Shown here: positions 16,912 through 27,143 of the stretch, piece after piece
How the letters are laid out: the number at the start of each line of letters is the position of its first letter
Numbering within the stretch: position 1 is the first letter of the stretch
IMG/VR virus record: IMGVR_UViG_3300020042_009256
Span: 9,168-73,167 of that record
Strand: one strand, 5' to 3'
Source: a virus
Taxonomy: Duplodnaviria > Caudoviricetes
DNA length: 64,000 bases
Position numbers and translations under genes: made by a program
The notes under the pieces: generated by a model
The model's database searches: none
Seen by the model: the letters and a program-made list of their open reading frames with translations, nothing else
What the model was told of the DNA's origin: nothing

Positions 16912-17727
16912 ATGGTTAACGACTGGCAGAGTCGAATCAAGAATTTAAATCGTGGGCCTGCACGAATTACGCTGAATGGAAAACGTCACTACGTTACTCC
17001 GCTTGAAACTGGTCCAGCGCCTTCGGTCACCACAATTCTTTCGGAGACCGCATCAGAAGCCAACAAGAAAAAGTTGGAGATGTGGTCCAAGGCAAACCCT
17101 GGAGTTAAGGAAGCTGCTGCAGAACGCGGTACTGCGATTCACTTTGGGATGGAACAATACCTTAAAGGGAATAAAACTCCTGAGATCAAAGAAGATTATG
17201 CAGATTTTTGGTCGGGTATGCCATCAATTCTTGACCAGTTTACGGAGGTGCTTTGGGCGGAATCCCCCATTCTGGAACGATTTAATTTCACTGTTGGCGC
17301 CGATGACGTGGCTCGCGTGTGGGGTTGCGATGATGAGGGGCGGGCTTGGGCTGGTGCTCCTGACATCATTGGCGTGGTTAACGGTAAGCTTACTCTTGCT
17401 GATTTAAAAACCAGCGTTAAACCCTATAGCCGTAAGTGGCCTAAGGATTTGGAGAAAGGATCGCCCGAATGGCGAGACTTACTTGGGGGTCACATGAAAT
17501 TTAAAAAGACACTTAAACAACTGGCTGCATACGACATTGGCATCGAACAGACTCTTGGGATGACGGTCCAGCAGGCTGCCATCCTTGTGTCGACGCCTGT
17601 ACGCACTCAAATTTTTAAGATCTCCAGGAGATTTCTAGATTCTTTACGGACTGATTGGTACAAAATTGTTGAGGAATATTACAAACAGATTGAGAATTGT
17701 AATGTGTATGACGCTGATTTGGTTTAG
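16912..17727 (+). CDS. PD-(D/E)xK exonuclease
   Basis: RHYVTP..PSVTTIL, RGTAIH, AGAPDI, ADLKTS, QLAAY; likely start ATG 16912. Confidence 0.85.
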   Translation: MVNDWQSRIKNLNRGPARITLNGKRHYVTPLETGPAPSVTTILSETASEANKKKLEMWSKANPGVKEAAAERGTAIHFGMEQYLKGNKTPEIKEDYADFWSGMPSILDQFTEVLWAESPILERFNFTVGADDVARVWGCDDEGRAWAGAPDIIGVVNGKLTLADLKTSVKPYSRKWPKDLEKGSPEWRDLLGGHMKFKKTLKQLAAYDIGIEQTLGMTVQQAAILVSTPVRTQIFKISRRFLDSLRTDWYKIVEEYYKQIENCNVYDADLV

Positions 17728-17906
17728 CTGTAATACGCGGATTCATTTTGGCTGAACCCTAGGTCGCTAGCGCCGAACTTAAGGCGGGGATTGCCTTGTA
17801 ACATCGCACGTGATGGACTCAGGCCTGTAATCCTCCCTTCAAGTCTGGCGCCTGCCATTGACTTGGAGGGATCTACGTCTGCCAAATATTTACCAGCAAT
17901 GCGCAT
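17724..17906 (-). CDS. small hypothetical protein
   Basis: 60-aa ORF filling the gap; overlaps the exonuclease stop by 4 nt. Confidence 0.45.
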   Translation of the reverse strand: MRIAGKYLADVDPSKSMAGARLEGRITGLSPSRAMLQGNPRLKFGASDLGFSQNESAYYS

Positions 17907-18048
17907 AGTTTTATTGCTGTTGTTCTCATCATACGCGAACTGTTACTTAAAAATTATGCGTCTCATTAGACTTGCTGATTCTTAAAAAAAGAATGGTTTG
18001 ACCAGGATCATCCGCCGTAGGATGAAGAGACACTCAAATTTGCTCCCT

Positions 18049-18282
18049 ATGGAAATTCAAATTTCTACGGGAGAATGGCTTGCCTCACTTGGCAAACGCA
18101 TGGCGTCGGCTATGGATGGGGACATTTTTTGTCTTCCAACACCGATGCATGTTCATGCGTTTTCTTTGTTAAAGGATTCCCATTTTCCACAAAGAAACCT
18201 AGAGTGGACCTTACGCCCAAGTAGTAATGCGCATGACGAGCACCAACAAGCTGTCCCTACGACCGGGAGAAATTCGCCTTGA
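18049..18282 (+). CDS. hypothetical protein
   Basis: Likely start ATG 18049; overlaps the primase start by 56 nt. Confidence 0.55.
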   Translation: MEIQISTGEWLASLGKRMASAMDGDIFCLPTPMHVHAFSLLKDSHFPQRNLEWTLRPSSNAHDEHQQAVPTTGRNSP

Positions 18283-20878
18283 TTTCATCCCCCTTGATTG
18301 GCCGCTCACGCCACTCGGCGCACGCAAGGATCCTTACATTGCGGGTTGGCAGGGTAAACCGTTTGACCTAAAAGAAATTGAAGAGGAAATACTTTCTGGT
18401 GACTGTAAAGCGATTGGTGTTTTAGGTGGACCCGCCTACAACAATCCTTATGGTTTGGTGTGGGTCGACATTGATGGACCGACTGTCTACACGCTTGTCA
18501 AGGAACTGGCAGATGAAACCGACTTTGATAAAGCACTGCCCCCAACGCTGACTATTTGTAGCGGGAAACTTGGGCGAGAACGCAAACTGTACAAGCTACC
18601 TCGGGAAAAGCACAAACATTTTGTCCGTAATAAATACACTTGGCACGGGGAGGGCGCCAAAGAAAAGCTTGAGATTCTTTGGTCCCGGCACCAGGGTGTT
18701 CTCATGGGTCTACACCCTGAGACTGACGGTTACTACACTGCAGAAGGACAGGGGTTTGAGTGGTGTGACAAGCTGCCTGACGTTCCGGACTGGCTGCTAA
18801 ACGCAATCATTAATAAGAATGTAAAGCAAGGTATCCCTGCTAAAGAAACCAAACGCATTGTGGGTCCTGGCTTTGCAATCAATACAGAAATCAGTCTTGA
18901 TCGCGATATCCAACTAGGTCAAGAAGCCATGTGGAGTTTGCCAATCGAAGCTTGTGATGATTACGACATCTGGATCACAATTGGTCAGACACTTCACTCA
19001 ACAGATGAATCGCTGCTCGATGCTTGGGATGAATGGTCCAAGCAATCAGAGAAGTATCAGGAGGGTGAATGCCACAGGCGTTGGCTCTCCTTCAGTAAAG
19101 GAGGGGGGCGTGGCTTGGGGTCACTAATACATATCGCCCAGGAACACGGGTGGCAGCCTTCACAAGACCATCGTGCAATGAGTGTGGATGACGCGGTTTT
19201 GGAGCAGAGTTGTAAGTTGCTTGAAGCTTTTGAAAAGGAGGTCCACTTGGTAAATCAAGAAGTTGTTCATGAAGAAAAAAAACAACAGGACTCTGAGTTG
19301 GTCTTTGACACATCTCCGTTGCTGTCATTGCCTGGCTTAAACATGAAAACAGGAAAAGACCAAAAAACAAAGAATGCATCATCCGACATCCTGACCCATG
19401 TGGTTCGTCAGTTATATAACGGAAATCTGCGGTTCAGTCAAGAGCAGGGGACCTTTTTTCTTTATGAACACCGTAGTCCGGGGCTCTGGTCCCAGGTGTC
19501 TGACCATGAGGTGAGGGGCAGTATCAAGAATAAATTTGAATCTGTGAAGGGTGAGTTGCTAAGAAATGGCTATGGCATGAACCTGATCAACGATGTTCTT
19601 GAACAGTTAAGAATTGTTTTAATTTTTGATGGTTGGTATGAGGGCAATGATCTTTTGTTGTTTACCAATGGGATTCTTGATATTCAAACTCGTGAGCTGC
19701 GTCCATTTGAACGGGGCCTTTTCATTACGCAACAACTGCCTTATCCCTATAACCCTGGGATGGGTTGTGAACTAATCATCAAATGGCTTAAGAGTGCTCA
19801 AGATGGATCTTGGCATCGTGTGCAAGTTCTACGTGCTTGGCTTCGTGCCGTATTGTTGAGTCGCTCTGACATTCAAAAGTTTGTTGAGATTGTAGGCCCA
19901 GGGAAATCAGGTAAGTCTACTTATGCAAACTTAGCTCATGCCTTGGTGGGTGACGATAACGCCATGATCTCTTCGCTGGAACACTTGGAGAAGAATAGGT
20001 TTGAGACGTCTAACTTATATAAGAAAAAGTTATTGCTGTTCAATGATGTTGAGCGGTACGGTGGTTCGGTATCGGTATTGAAAGCACTGACTGGTCGTGA
20101 CCTTATTCGTAACGAACGTAAGTTTCAAACGGGTAGTCAAAAACCTTTCAAGTTCAATGGCCTTGTGATGATTACTGCTAATGAACCGATTCAAACAACT
20201 GATCCAACCTCTGGTCTCGCCCGTCGCCGTCTTACTATTCCTTTTAATAATGTGTTTAGTGGCTCGTCTGCAGAACAAAAAACACTCATCGATATGGATG
20301 ATCGTGGGCGACCGTTCGGTGAATTTGCTCACCTCCTTCCTGGATTGGTCAACTGGGTCCTCGATATGAGTGAGGCGGAGATGCGGGAATACCTTATGGA
20401 AACCAATAGCAAAGTTAAATTCTTTGCTACGTATCACCGCGAGCAGATCCTTAAATCTAATCAGATCATGGACTGGTTACATCACTGCGTTATTTTTGAC
20501 GTAGGGGTAACGTCTGTCATTGGTCTTGCTAAGTATGCAGCCGGTAAAAATACCTACGAAAATCACAACTATTGGTTGTATGCAAGCTATTGTGAGTTCT
20601 CTCGCTCTAGTAATAGCAACGTTCTTGGGCGCAGTCGATTTGAATCCCTGCTGATGGACGTTTGTATGCACCAATTAAAATTGAATGTTTACCAGGTAAA
20701 GACCAGTCGCGGTATGCTTGTTAAAAATATTTCTTGTCGAGGAAGAGATCCTAAATATGAAAAGTATCCAACTATTGTGGAGGTTGGGTTGAACAAAGAA
20801 GAATGGAGAGTTCAGTACGGAGATGTTCTAGATAGGAAGACTGATGCAAAAATAGAGAATGAAGCAATAGAAACTTGA
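18227..20878 (+). CDS. primase-polymerase / PriCT-2 / D5-like SF3 helicase fusion
   Basis: VDIDG prim-pol motif, DDYDIWITIG..WDEWSKQSEKY (PriCT-2), Walker A GPGKSGKST, ITANE, RRRLTIPF. Confidence 0.92.
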   Translation: MRMTSTNKLSLRPGEIRLDFIPLDWPLTPLGARKDPYIAGWQGKPFDLKEIEEEILSGDCKAIGVLGGPAYNNPYGLVWVDIDGPTVYTLVKELADETDFDKALPPTLTICSGKLGRERKLYKLPREKHKHFVRNKYTWHGEGAKEKLEILWSRHQGVLMGLHPETDGYYTAEGQGFEWCDKLPDVPDWLLNAIINKNVKQGIPAKETKRIVGPGFAINTEISLDRDIQLGQEAMWSLPIEACDDYDIWITIGQTLHSTDESLLDAWDEWSKQSEKYQEGECHRRWLSFSKGGGRGLGSLIHIAQEHGWQPSQDHRAMSVDDAVLEQSCKLLEAFEKEVHLVNQEVVHEEKKQQDSELVFDTSPLLSLPGLNMKTGKDQKTKNASSDILTHVVRQLYNGNLRFSQEQGTFFLYEHRSPGLWSQVSDHEVRGSIKNKFESVKGELLRNGYGMNLINDVLEQLRIVLIFDGWYEGNDLLLFTNGILDIQTRELRPFERGLFITQQLPYPYNPGMGCELIIKWLKSAQDGSWHRVQVLRAWLRAVLLSRSDIQKFVEIVGPGKSGKSTYANLAHALVGDDNAMISSLEHLEKNRFETSNLYKKKLLLFNDVERYGGSVSVLKALTGRDLIRNERKFQTGSQKPFKFNGLVMITANEPIQTTDPTSGLARRRLTIPFNNVFSGSSAEQKTLIDMDDRGRPFGEFAHLLPGLVNWVLDMSEAEMREYLMETNSKVKFFATYHREQILKSNQIMDWLHHCVIFDVGVTSVIGLAKYAAGKNTYENHNYWLYASYCEFSRSSNSNVLGRSRFESLLMDVCMHQLKLNVYQVKTSRGMLVKNISCRGRDPKYEKYPTIVEVGLNKEEWRVQYGDVLDRKTDAKIENEAIET

Positions 20879-21234
20879 GTAACGGTCGCCACTTAATCTT
20901 GGATCTTTACGATTGTGATCCAGGTATCCTTGATGATTACGGGGAACTTCAACGGTTGCTTGAAGCTGCGCTTGTGATGGCAAAAGCTAATATTTTACAG
21001 ATCATTGGTGAAAAATTCAAACCGCAAGGTGTGACTTTGTTAGCATTACTATCGGAGTCACACGCATCTATCCATACATGGCCGGAGATTGGCTATGCGG
21101 CCATTGACCTATATACATGTGGTGATACCACTCAAACTCATAAGGCTGCTGAGTTTCTTAAATTCAAACTCAAATCCAATAACTCAAAAGAAAAAGAATT
21201 AATACGGTCGACAGTACCTACGAATTGTGTATAG
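20875..21234 (+). CDS. speD: S-adenosylmethionine decarboxylase proenzyme
   Basis: GRHLILDLYDC, F.PQGVT, LSESHASIHTWPE (E-S pyruvoyl cleavage site), IDLYTCG; TTG start overlapping the helicase TGA. Confidence 0.95.
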   Translation: MSNGRHLILDLYDCDPGILDDYGELQRLLEAALVMAKANILQIIGEKFKPQGVTLLALLSESHASIHTWPEIGYAAIDLYTCGDTTQTHKAAEFLKFKLKSNNSKEKELIRSTVPTNCV

Positions 21235-21257
21235 TTAATCAAGATATCTCGTCTTAA

Positions 21258-22520
21258 ATGACTAAAAAACCTAAGCTCCTTTGGTGTGGTGACATCGTTG
21301 CCAAAACCGGTTTTGCACGTGTTACTGAAAATGTTTTGTCGCGCATTGAAGACGATTACGAAATCGTAGTGCTCGGCAATAACTGGTGGGGCGATCCGCA
21401 TCCTCTGCAGGAACGCTACAAAATGTACCCATCTTCCAATAGGTTCCAGCAGGCACCTTTTGGTGAGCAACGTATCAAGGAAGTTGTGGAGCGCGAAGCT
21501 CCTGACCTTGTGTTTACAATTAATGACATCTGGATTATTAATGAGCAATACAGGCAAATTCAAGAATTACACAAAGAAAAGAAATTTAAATTTGTGGGTT
21601 ATGCCCCCATGGACAGCTACGGCTGGACTGGTAGCCTGGCTGATACTGCTAACGATTGGGATGGGATTATCTCTTATACGGAATTTGGCGCTCACGAATT
21701 TATTGCCGGTGGTATTAACCAACCCATTTATGTGGTACCGCATGGTGTGACTTCAGGCCAGTTCTATCCCATGGATAAAGCTGAGGCCCGGAAAAAACTG
21801 GGCGTGGCAGACGATATCTTTATTGTGTTCAATGGTAACCGTAATCAATTCCGCAAACGGATTGACATTACCATTGAAGGTTTTGCCAAATTTGCCAAGG
21901 ACAAGCCTGACACCCAGTTGTACCTACATATGGGTTTGAAGGACCAGGGCTGGGATATCATTCCGCTGTTCTCACGGGCTATGCAGCGGGAGGGGCTGGA
22001 TCCTAATGGGCGGATCATCCTCACCACGCAGACACAGAACCCACCGGATGTGGAGGTTGACTTGCTCAACACCATCTACAACTCCGCTGACATTGGCGTA
22101 AACACCTGCAAGGGTGAGGGCTGGGGGCTTGTCAACTTCGAGCACGCTGCCTGTCGTGTGGCCCAGGTGGTGCCTAATCACACGTCATGCCGTGAGATCT
22201 TTGAGGGTTATGGGGAGTTAATTCGTTGTGACCACGTTGATGTGGACACGAACTACGGCAGGGAAATGCCCTGTCCTTCTTCAGACCACCTCGCGGAAAT
22301 CCTTACGGATCTTTACGAAAACCGTGACAAGCTTAATGCTACGGCGGAGGCATGTTACCAACGTGTTACAGATAAGAAATTTGATTGGGAAACGGTCGCC
22401 GCACAATTCGCCGGTATTTTTGAAGATGTGCTTCAAAAAACTGAAGCTGAGCCAGAGCCTGCACCTAAGAAGAAAAAGAAACTAAAGAAGGTAAAGAGAC
22501 TGGTTGGCGCTGCAAGCTGA
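21258..22520 (+). CDS. GT-B fold (GT4-like) glycosyltransferase
   Basis: TGFARVT, NRNQFRKRID, GEGWGLVNFEHAAC (EX7E motif). Confidence 0.88.
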   Translation: MTKKPKLLWCGDIVAKTGFARVTENVLSRIEDDYEIVVLGNNWWGDPHPLQERYKMYPSSNRFQQAPFGEQRIKEVVEREAPDLVFTINDIWIINEQYRQIQELHKEKKFKFVGYAPMDSYGWTGSLADTANDWDGIISYTEFGAHEFIAGGINQPIYVVPHGVTSGQFYPMDKAEARKKLGVADDIFIVFNGNRNQFRKRIDITIEGFAKFAKDKPDTQLYLHMGLKDQGWDIIPLFSRAMQREGLDPNGRIILTTQTQNPPDVEVDLLNTIYNSADIGVNTCKGEGWGLVNFEHAACRVAQVVPNHTSCREIFEGYGELIRCDHVDVDTNYGREMPCPSSDHLAEILTDLYENRDKLNATAEACYQRVTDKKFDWETVAAQFAGIFEDVLQKTEAEPEPAPKKKKKLKKVKRLVGAAS

Positions 22521-22540
22521 CACTAGTTGTCACATGCTTT

Positions 22541-22570
22541 AAACCCTTGCTACGGCAGGGGTTTTTATTT
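22541..22570 (+). terminator. intrinsic terminator with cUACGg tetraloop
   Basis: AAACCCTTGC-TACG-GCAGGGGTTT followed by TTATTT. Confidence 0.9.
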
Positions 22571-22613
22571 TGGTTGGTTGGTCCCAGGATGAGACGTACT
22601 TGGGATACAGAGA

Positions 22614-22770
22614 TTGCAGACTTTGGGGCCTTTCTATACTTACTATGACGTAGATGACGCCGCTGTGGACAATGTATGTGTCTCATGAGAATCAAATGAG
22701 AAACACGTACACTTTGTGACAGCGGCGTCATTTAGCTCTAGACTGAAAAAAATTAACCCAAAGTCTGCAA
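22614..22770. repeat. nested long inverted repeat
   Basis: TTGCAGACTTTGGG (22614-22627) is the perfect reverse complement of 22757-22770; ATGACGCCGCTGT (22654-22666) pairs perfectly with 22719-22731; further inner stems reach a 9-nt loop at 22687-22695. Confidence 0.95.
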
Positions 22771-22784
22771 AGTCTGCACTCACC

Positions 22785-23468
22785 ATGGCAAACATGTACC
22801 GACAGGTCAAAGATGCGAGTGAGCAAGTGGCTTTTCGCCATGTAAGAGATATTGAAACCTTAGACCAGTCTCAACTTGAGTCTCATAGTTATTACATTGG
22901 GTATCCTTGTCCCCATGGTCATTTGATACGTGACACTAAACAAAACTGGTGTTATTTCTGTGTTAAAAAAATACTAGGCAACAATTGTGGCTTTGATGTT
23001 AATTTTCTTCACCCTGATTACAAGGTCAAGTATTTAAAGCTTTGGGCATGTATTGACGTAGGGCATCCAGAAAATTGCTGGACTATCAATGCTGCTGGTG
23101 CGTACAACCCTAAGCGTATTTGCATGCCTTCCTATCGTTCTTTATATAGTCGGCAAAAATCTGAGAACGTAACCATACACAAAGCTTTGTATCAAAGTGC
23201 ATGGGGTGATATCGGGTCTTTGGTAGTAACACGCTCATGCGGAAATCCAAAATGCGGTAACCCTTTGCATATGGTGTCCAGCTGGAATCGTCTGTTTCCT
23301 CCTGGAAACTTACATCCATTTTCTATTGAATTCAAAGCTGAAAAAATAATGCAGATATCTCAGGCTCGTTTGTTAAACTGTGAACAAAAAATCATTGAGT
23401 ATTATTACAAACCAACTATTACTCACCCATTAGAAGTGAAGGAACCCCCGGAGTATGATGAAGGGTGA
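22785..23468 (+). CDS. HNH_3-like zinc-binding protein, probably degenerate
   Basis: CPHGH..WCYFC, ENCW, VTRSCGNPKCGNPLHM; likely start ATG 22785 after the hairpin. Confidence 0.6.
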   Translation: MANMYRQVKDASEQVAFRHVRDIETLDQSQLESHSYYIGYPCPHGHLIRDTKQNWCYFCVKKILGNNCGFDVNFLHPDYKVKYLKLWACIDVGHPENCWTINAAGAYNPKRICMPSYRSLYSRQKSENVTIHKALYQSAWGDIGSLVVTRSCGNPKCGNPLHMVSSWNRLFPPGNLHPFSIEFKAEKIMQISQARLLNCEQKIIEYYYKPTITHPLEVKEPPEYDEG

Positions 23469-23488
23469 GGCTTATATTGCAATAAATA

Positions 23489-24235
23489 ATGGCAAGGAAT
23501 CAATCTAGTCAAAGACAACGTACCAAGGAAAACCCTTTAGATCTTGGTACATTTAACGTAACATCCTTGCGTGATTTACGTGGTACTTTAGGGCCTCGCT
23601 CTCAGGTTATTGGTAGGGCTGATACGTGGGATAACTCTAATGGTGGTTATGGTGGTGGTACGTATAACCATTGGTTTAGAATTAACCTAGCAGTTAACGC
23701 ATGGATCATTGTTACTAAAGGTCCACCAAGACCTAAATACATTCAAACTTCTGTATATGACTTAAATCAAAATCCTATTCAAGCGCGTAATGTTTTTGAT
23801 CAAGACAGCGTCAAACAAGTAAACAACGGCGAGGTTTATTATCCATATGTTGGGCATACAATGAATGCTCAATCTTATTTATACAATAACTTCAACCCCA
23901 ATCGTCTTGATCGAGGTGATGATCGCTACTTTGTACTGCCTCCTGGATCTTATCTACTGTGTGTATCTACTACTAGAAATGAATTACTGAATTATTCAGT
24001 TGGTTTAGTTGTTGAAGTTCAAGATATTGAACCCGAGTTGTTACTAGAAACAGGCGGTATTAATCATATTGTCTATGAAGACGAAGATTACATTTTGCTT
24101 GATTTGACTGAGAACTACACTGGCGAAGATGTGCACCAACATTCTTTAAATGAATGGCAAACGGCCTGGGAACGTGATCATCAACAAGATAATCGGTTTC
24201 CTGATTTGTTTTTACCGCTGATAACGGAGTCATAA
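23489..24235 (+). CDS. hypothetical protein with a predicted beta-sandwich
   Basis: NHWFRINL..LPPGSYLLCVST pattern, reminiscent of PPC-type domains. Confidence 0.55.
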   Translation: MARNQSSQRQRTKENPLDLGTFNVTSLRDLRGTLGPRSQVIGRADTWDNSNGGYGGGTYNHWFRINLAVNAWIIVTKGPPRPKYIQTSVYDLNQNPIQARNVFDQDSVKQVNNGEVYYPYVGHTMNAQSYLYNNFNPNRLDRGDDRYFVLPPGSYLLCVSTTRNELLNYSVGLVVEVQDIEPELLLETGGINHIVYEDEDYILLDLTENYTGEDVHQHSLNEWQTAWERDHQQDNRFPDLFLPLITES

Positions 24236-24294
24236 TTTTGTTACACAACTAAACCGTATAGACGTTATCGTATTTAAAACACTCAACCAAATGA

Positions 24295-24759
24295 ATGACC
24301 TTCCGAATCAAACAAAGAAAAAAAGTATTTACCGTCAATATTGGAAAGGGATACATCTTGAAAATGCGTTTACTCCCATGGTGGAGGACAACGACAGGAC
24401 GTGTGTGGCTTGCAAGTTTGGCTGTGTCAAAAAGCAAAAGACAAATCAACGATTGGATGAACAGAAAACAAAGTCACAGGGTCCGCCGCTTGGATATGTC
24501 TTTGACCGGTAAAATTGGTAATCGAGTTCAAGCCATAGCTATTCGCCAAGTTCGTAAATGGGTAGATGAACTACCTTATCAACACGCTATAACCTTGATA
24601 TGTGAATCTGCACTACCCGAAAAACAATTTCGTGTATGGGAAAAATGGTTTAAAAGACACGAAAATTTTAACTGGGAAATATCTAAAACGCATAAGTCTT
24701 TTTATTTTTACAAAAGTAAGTGTTCAGTTGAATACATTAACGAATATTTAGATGCGTAG
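24295..24759 (+). CDS. basic hypothetical protein
   Basis: 154-aa ORF fitting the tiling. Confidence 0.6.
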   Translation: MTFRIKQRKKVFTVNIGKGYILKMRLLPWWRTTTGRVWLASLAVSKSKRQINDWMNRKQSHRVRRLDMSLTGKIGNRVQAIAIRQVRKWVDELPYQHAITLICESALPEKQFRVWEKWFKRHENFNWEISKTHKSFYFYKSKCSVEYINEYLDA

Positions 24760-24785
24760 AATAAAGAAAACCACCTAAGTTAATC

Positions 24786-24947
24786 ATGAACATTTCTAAG
24801 TATGTTGAGACGGCTCTTGCAGTTCATGCAGCAGCTAGTGCAATTACTGCACTTACACCTACGCCTAAAGATGACAGCGCTGTTCGTAAGTTGTATCGGA
24901 TTATTGAATTGCTTGCTCTGGTTACTAGCCGTACTAAGCAACGTTGA
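24786..24947 (+). CDS. 53-aa hydrophobic, possibly holin-like peptide (below the ORF cutoff)
   Basis: MNISKYVETALAVHAAASAITALTPTPKDDSAVRKLYRIIELLALVTSRTKQR; converges on the endolysin. Confidence 0.55.
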   Translation: MNISKYVETALAVHAAASAITALTPTPKDDSAVRKLYRIIELLALVTSRTKQR

Positions 24948-24951
24948 TTCC

Positions 24952-26046
24952 CTAGGCAATAATGCACCAGCCAGATTTTGGGCCTTCGACTAACCATCGG
25001 GGCTCAAAATTTTTGTAACTGTAGTGTAATTTTTTACCGTTGGTAGAATCATAGGTTCCATAAGTTAGGTTGCAATCGCCCCAGGGATCATGCACCCAGT
25101 AGCCATCGGAATTGTATCCGACAATACAAAGCCAATGCCCCCCGCCCTGCGGATTTTTTACATTACCGTAATGAAGAAAACCTGCAGGAACTGGTTTGCC
25201 TGCATCAATTTGTTTCTTAATTAGATCGCGGCTGCCATTGGTAATAAATTTAGCATTCACACCGTAGTGTCCTAGGGCAGACAACTGAGCGTGACTAGAA
25301 GTACTGTCGCCATAACCGAATACAATCCGAATGTAGTCATTGTCCCCCTTGATAGAACTTGGTTTGAGAAATTTTAGCATCATTGCACAGCTTGAACTGA
25401 AGCATGTGCGAGAAGCATCACGGTAGTTATCCCGTTGACTCATGTAGATAACGGGGAGTGGATTTTGTTTTGCAGGTGAGTTACCACCAGGAGTTTGCAA
25501 TTTCTGGTCCATGATCTGAATTAATTTTGTAGCATAATCTGGATCAGTTGCATACCCTTCTTTCACCAGTAATTCAGCGCATGCATTTCTATTGACTGCC
25601 TGATTCACTCCTTTGTATGAACCAAAGTCTTTGTACCAGCGGTTGACTAAGTATTCAACGCAGGCTTGTAAACTTGGGAAATTAATAAACCTATCGTTGA
25701 TGGTTATCCATTCACCATTGATAAATTCTTTGGTGTCAACACTGGTACCGCTGCCTTTAAGACCAAAGTAATTATGCTTGCCAGATGTTGCAGTACCACC
25801 GGCACTTTCTAATTGCCACTGAGCTGCTACAACTTCTGGAAATTTAGCACCAGCTTGCTTTGCTGTTTGTAGTACACCGGCCCAAGTATTTGGAATTTTA
25901 ACGGAAGGCGTAGTTTTCTTACGATACTTAACAGCAAAAGACTCCAGGATCTCAGGGGGGAGCTGAGTCTGGAGCCAATTCCATGCGTTGATTTGATGCT
26001 CAAGTTGCTCGTCAAACTTTGCAGCATCACGTAATTGGATTGTCAT
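24952..26046 (-). CDS. modular endolysin: GH73 glucosaminidase plus C39-like peptidase
   Basis: AAQWQLES..NYFGLKG..GYATDPDY (GH73); YMSQRDN..TCFSSSCAM..GHWLCIVGY..HDPWG (C39 Cys-His-Asp); likely start ATG 26046. Confidence 0.88.
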   Translation of the reverse strand: MTIQLRDAAKFDEQLEHQINAWNWLQTQLPPEILESFAVKYRKKTTPSVKIPNTWAGVLQTAKQAGAKFPEVVAAQWQLESAGGTATSGKHNYFGLKGSGTSVDTKEFINGEWITINDRFINFPSLQACVEYLVNRWYKDFGSYKGVNQAVNRNACAELLVKEGYATDPDYATKLIQIMDQKLQTPGGNSPAKQNPLPVIYMSQRDNYRDASRTCFSSSCAMMLKFLKPSSIKGDNDYIRIVFGYGDSTSSHAQLSALGHYGVNAKFITNGSRDLIKKQIDAGKPVPAGFLHYGNVKNPQGGGHWLCIVGYNSDGYWVHDPWGDCNLTYGTYDSTNGKKLHYSYKNFEPRWLVEGPKSGWCIIA

Positions 26047-26086
26047 GGGCCTAAAGCTTTGATTAAGTTTAGACCCAATCAATTTA

Positions 26087-26275
26087 TCAAAGAACTTCAG
26101 GGGTAATTTCAGTTACTTCTTCAGTTTTTTTTGTTTCTTCTGGAGCAAACTCAAGGTTGTCAATAAGATCACCAATCAAATTTGCCGCAAAAGCAATTAA
26201 GGTGCCATCACCTGAGGCACGGGCAGAACCAAAGGAGTTGATTGCAGAAACTAGCTCGCTTTTTTTGGGGGCCAT
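26087..26275 (-). CDS. small hypothetical protein
   Basis: MAPKKSELVSAINSFGSARASGD..; likely start ATG 26275. Confidence 0.6.
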   Translation of the reverse strand: MAPKKSELVSAINSFGSARASGDGTLIAFAANLIGDLIDNLEFAPEETKKTEEVTEITPEVL

Positions 26276-26395
26276 GACATTTAATAGTTTTCCAAAAGTA
26301 TAGCAATAATCTGTGTCTCCAGTACCAAGGCAGCACCTTGAGTCTGCTACCATGAAAAAAGGGACGGTCGTTACCCCGCCCCTTAACCAAAACAT

Positions 26396-27143
26396 CATGG
26401 ATATGCTAGCACCCCAAGACTCACTTGATGTTCGTGCTTGGAATGGTACCCCAATTTCTCGGCGCACAACTGACGGCTACGTCAACGCCACAGCCATGTG
26501 CAAGGCCAACGGTAAACAGTGGAACGACTACTGGCGCACCGAACGTGCGACGGCTTACCGGGAGGCTCTTTGCACCGAAACGGGAATTCCCGTTTCCAGT
26601 TTGTGTCTCAGTCTGAAAGGCGGTTCTTATCAGGGCACTTGGGTCCATCCACAAATCGCGGTCGACCTGGCCCGCTGGATCAGTGCGCCGTTCGCGGTGT
26701 GGATGGATAGCTGGTTTATAGATGAAGTTAAACGCCAAACAACTACGCCTGCAAGTTCTCAACCACAAATTTCTGGTACAAACGTACTAAATCTTCTCAG
26801 AGAATCTGTTGATTTTATTAGGGATCTTGGGTGTTTTGATGATCGGGACAAGCTTTTGTTCTCGGATCTTGCTCGTAATAATGCAATGCGTGTTAATTCT
26901 GATTTTCTTCTGCCTCCAGGGGATGAGGAGATGACGATCAGTGATGCGTATATGGAGTTGTTCCAAGGGCGCCTAGAACGCAACAAAGCGAGTATCGTTG
27001 GAAAGTTTGTAGCAAACAGCTACAGAAAAGAATTTAATTCAGAGCCTCCTACACGCATTCAATATGTTGATGGTGCTCCAAGAAAAGTGAAAAGTTACAA
27101 AAAAAGTTGGTTGTTAGAAACTTTGAAACTGTTTAAAGAATAA
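26396..27143 (+). CDS. KilA-N domain DNA-binding protein
   Basis: WNGTPISRRTTDGYVNATAMCKANGK..GTWVHPQIAVDLARWIS. Confidence 0.9.
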
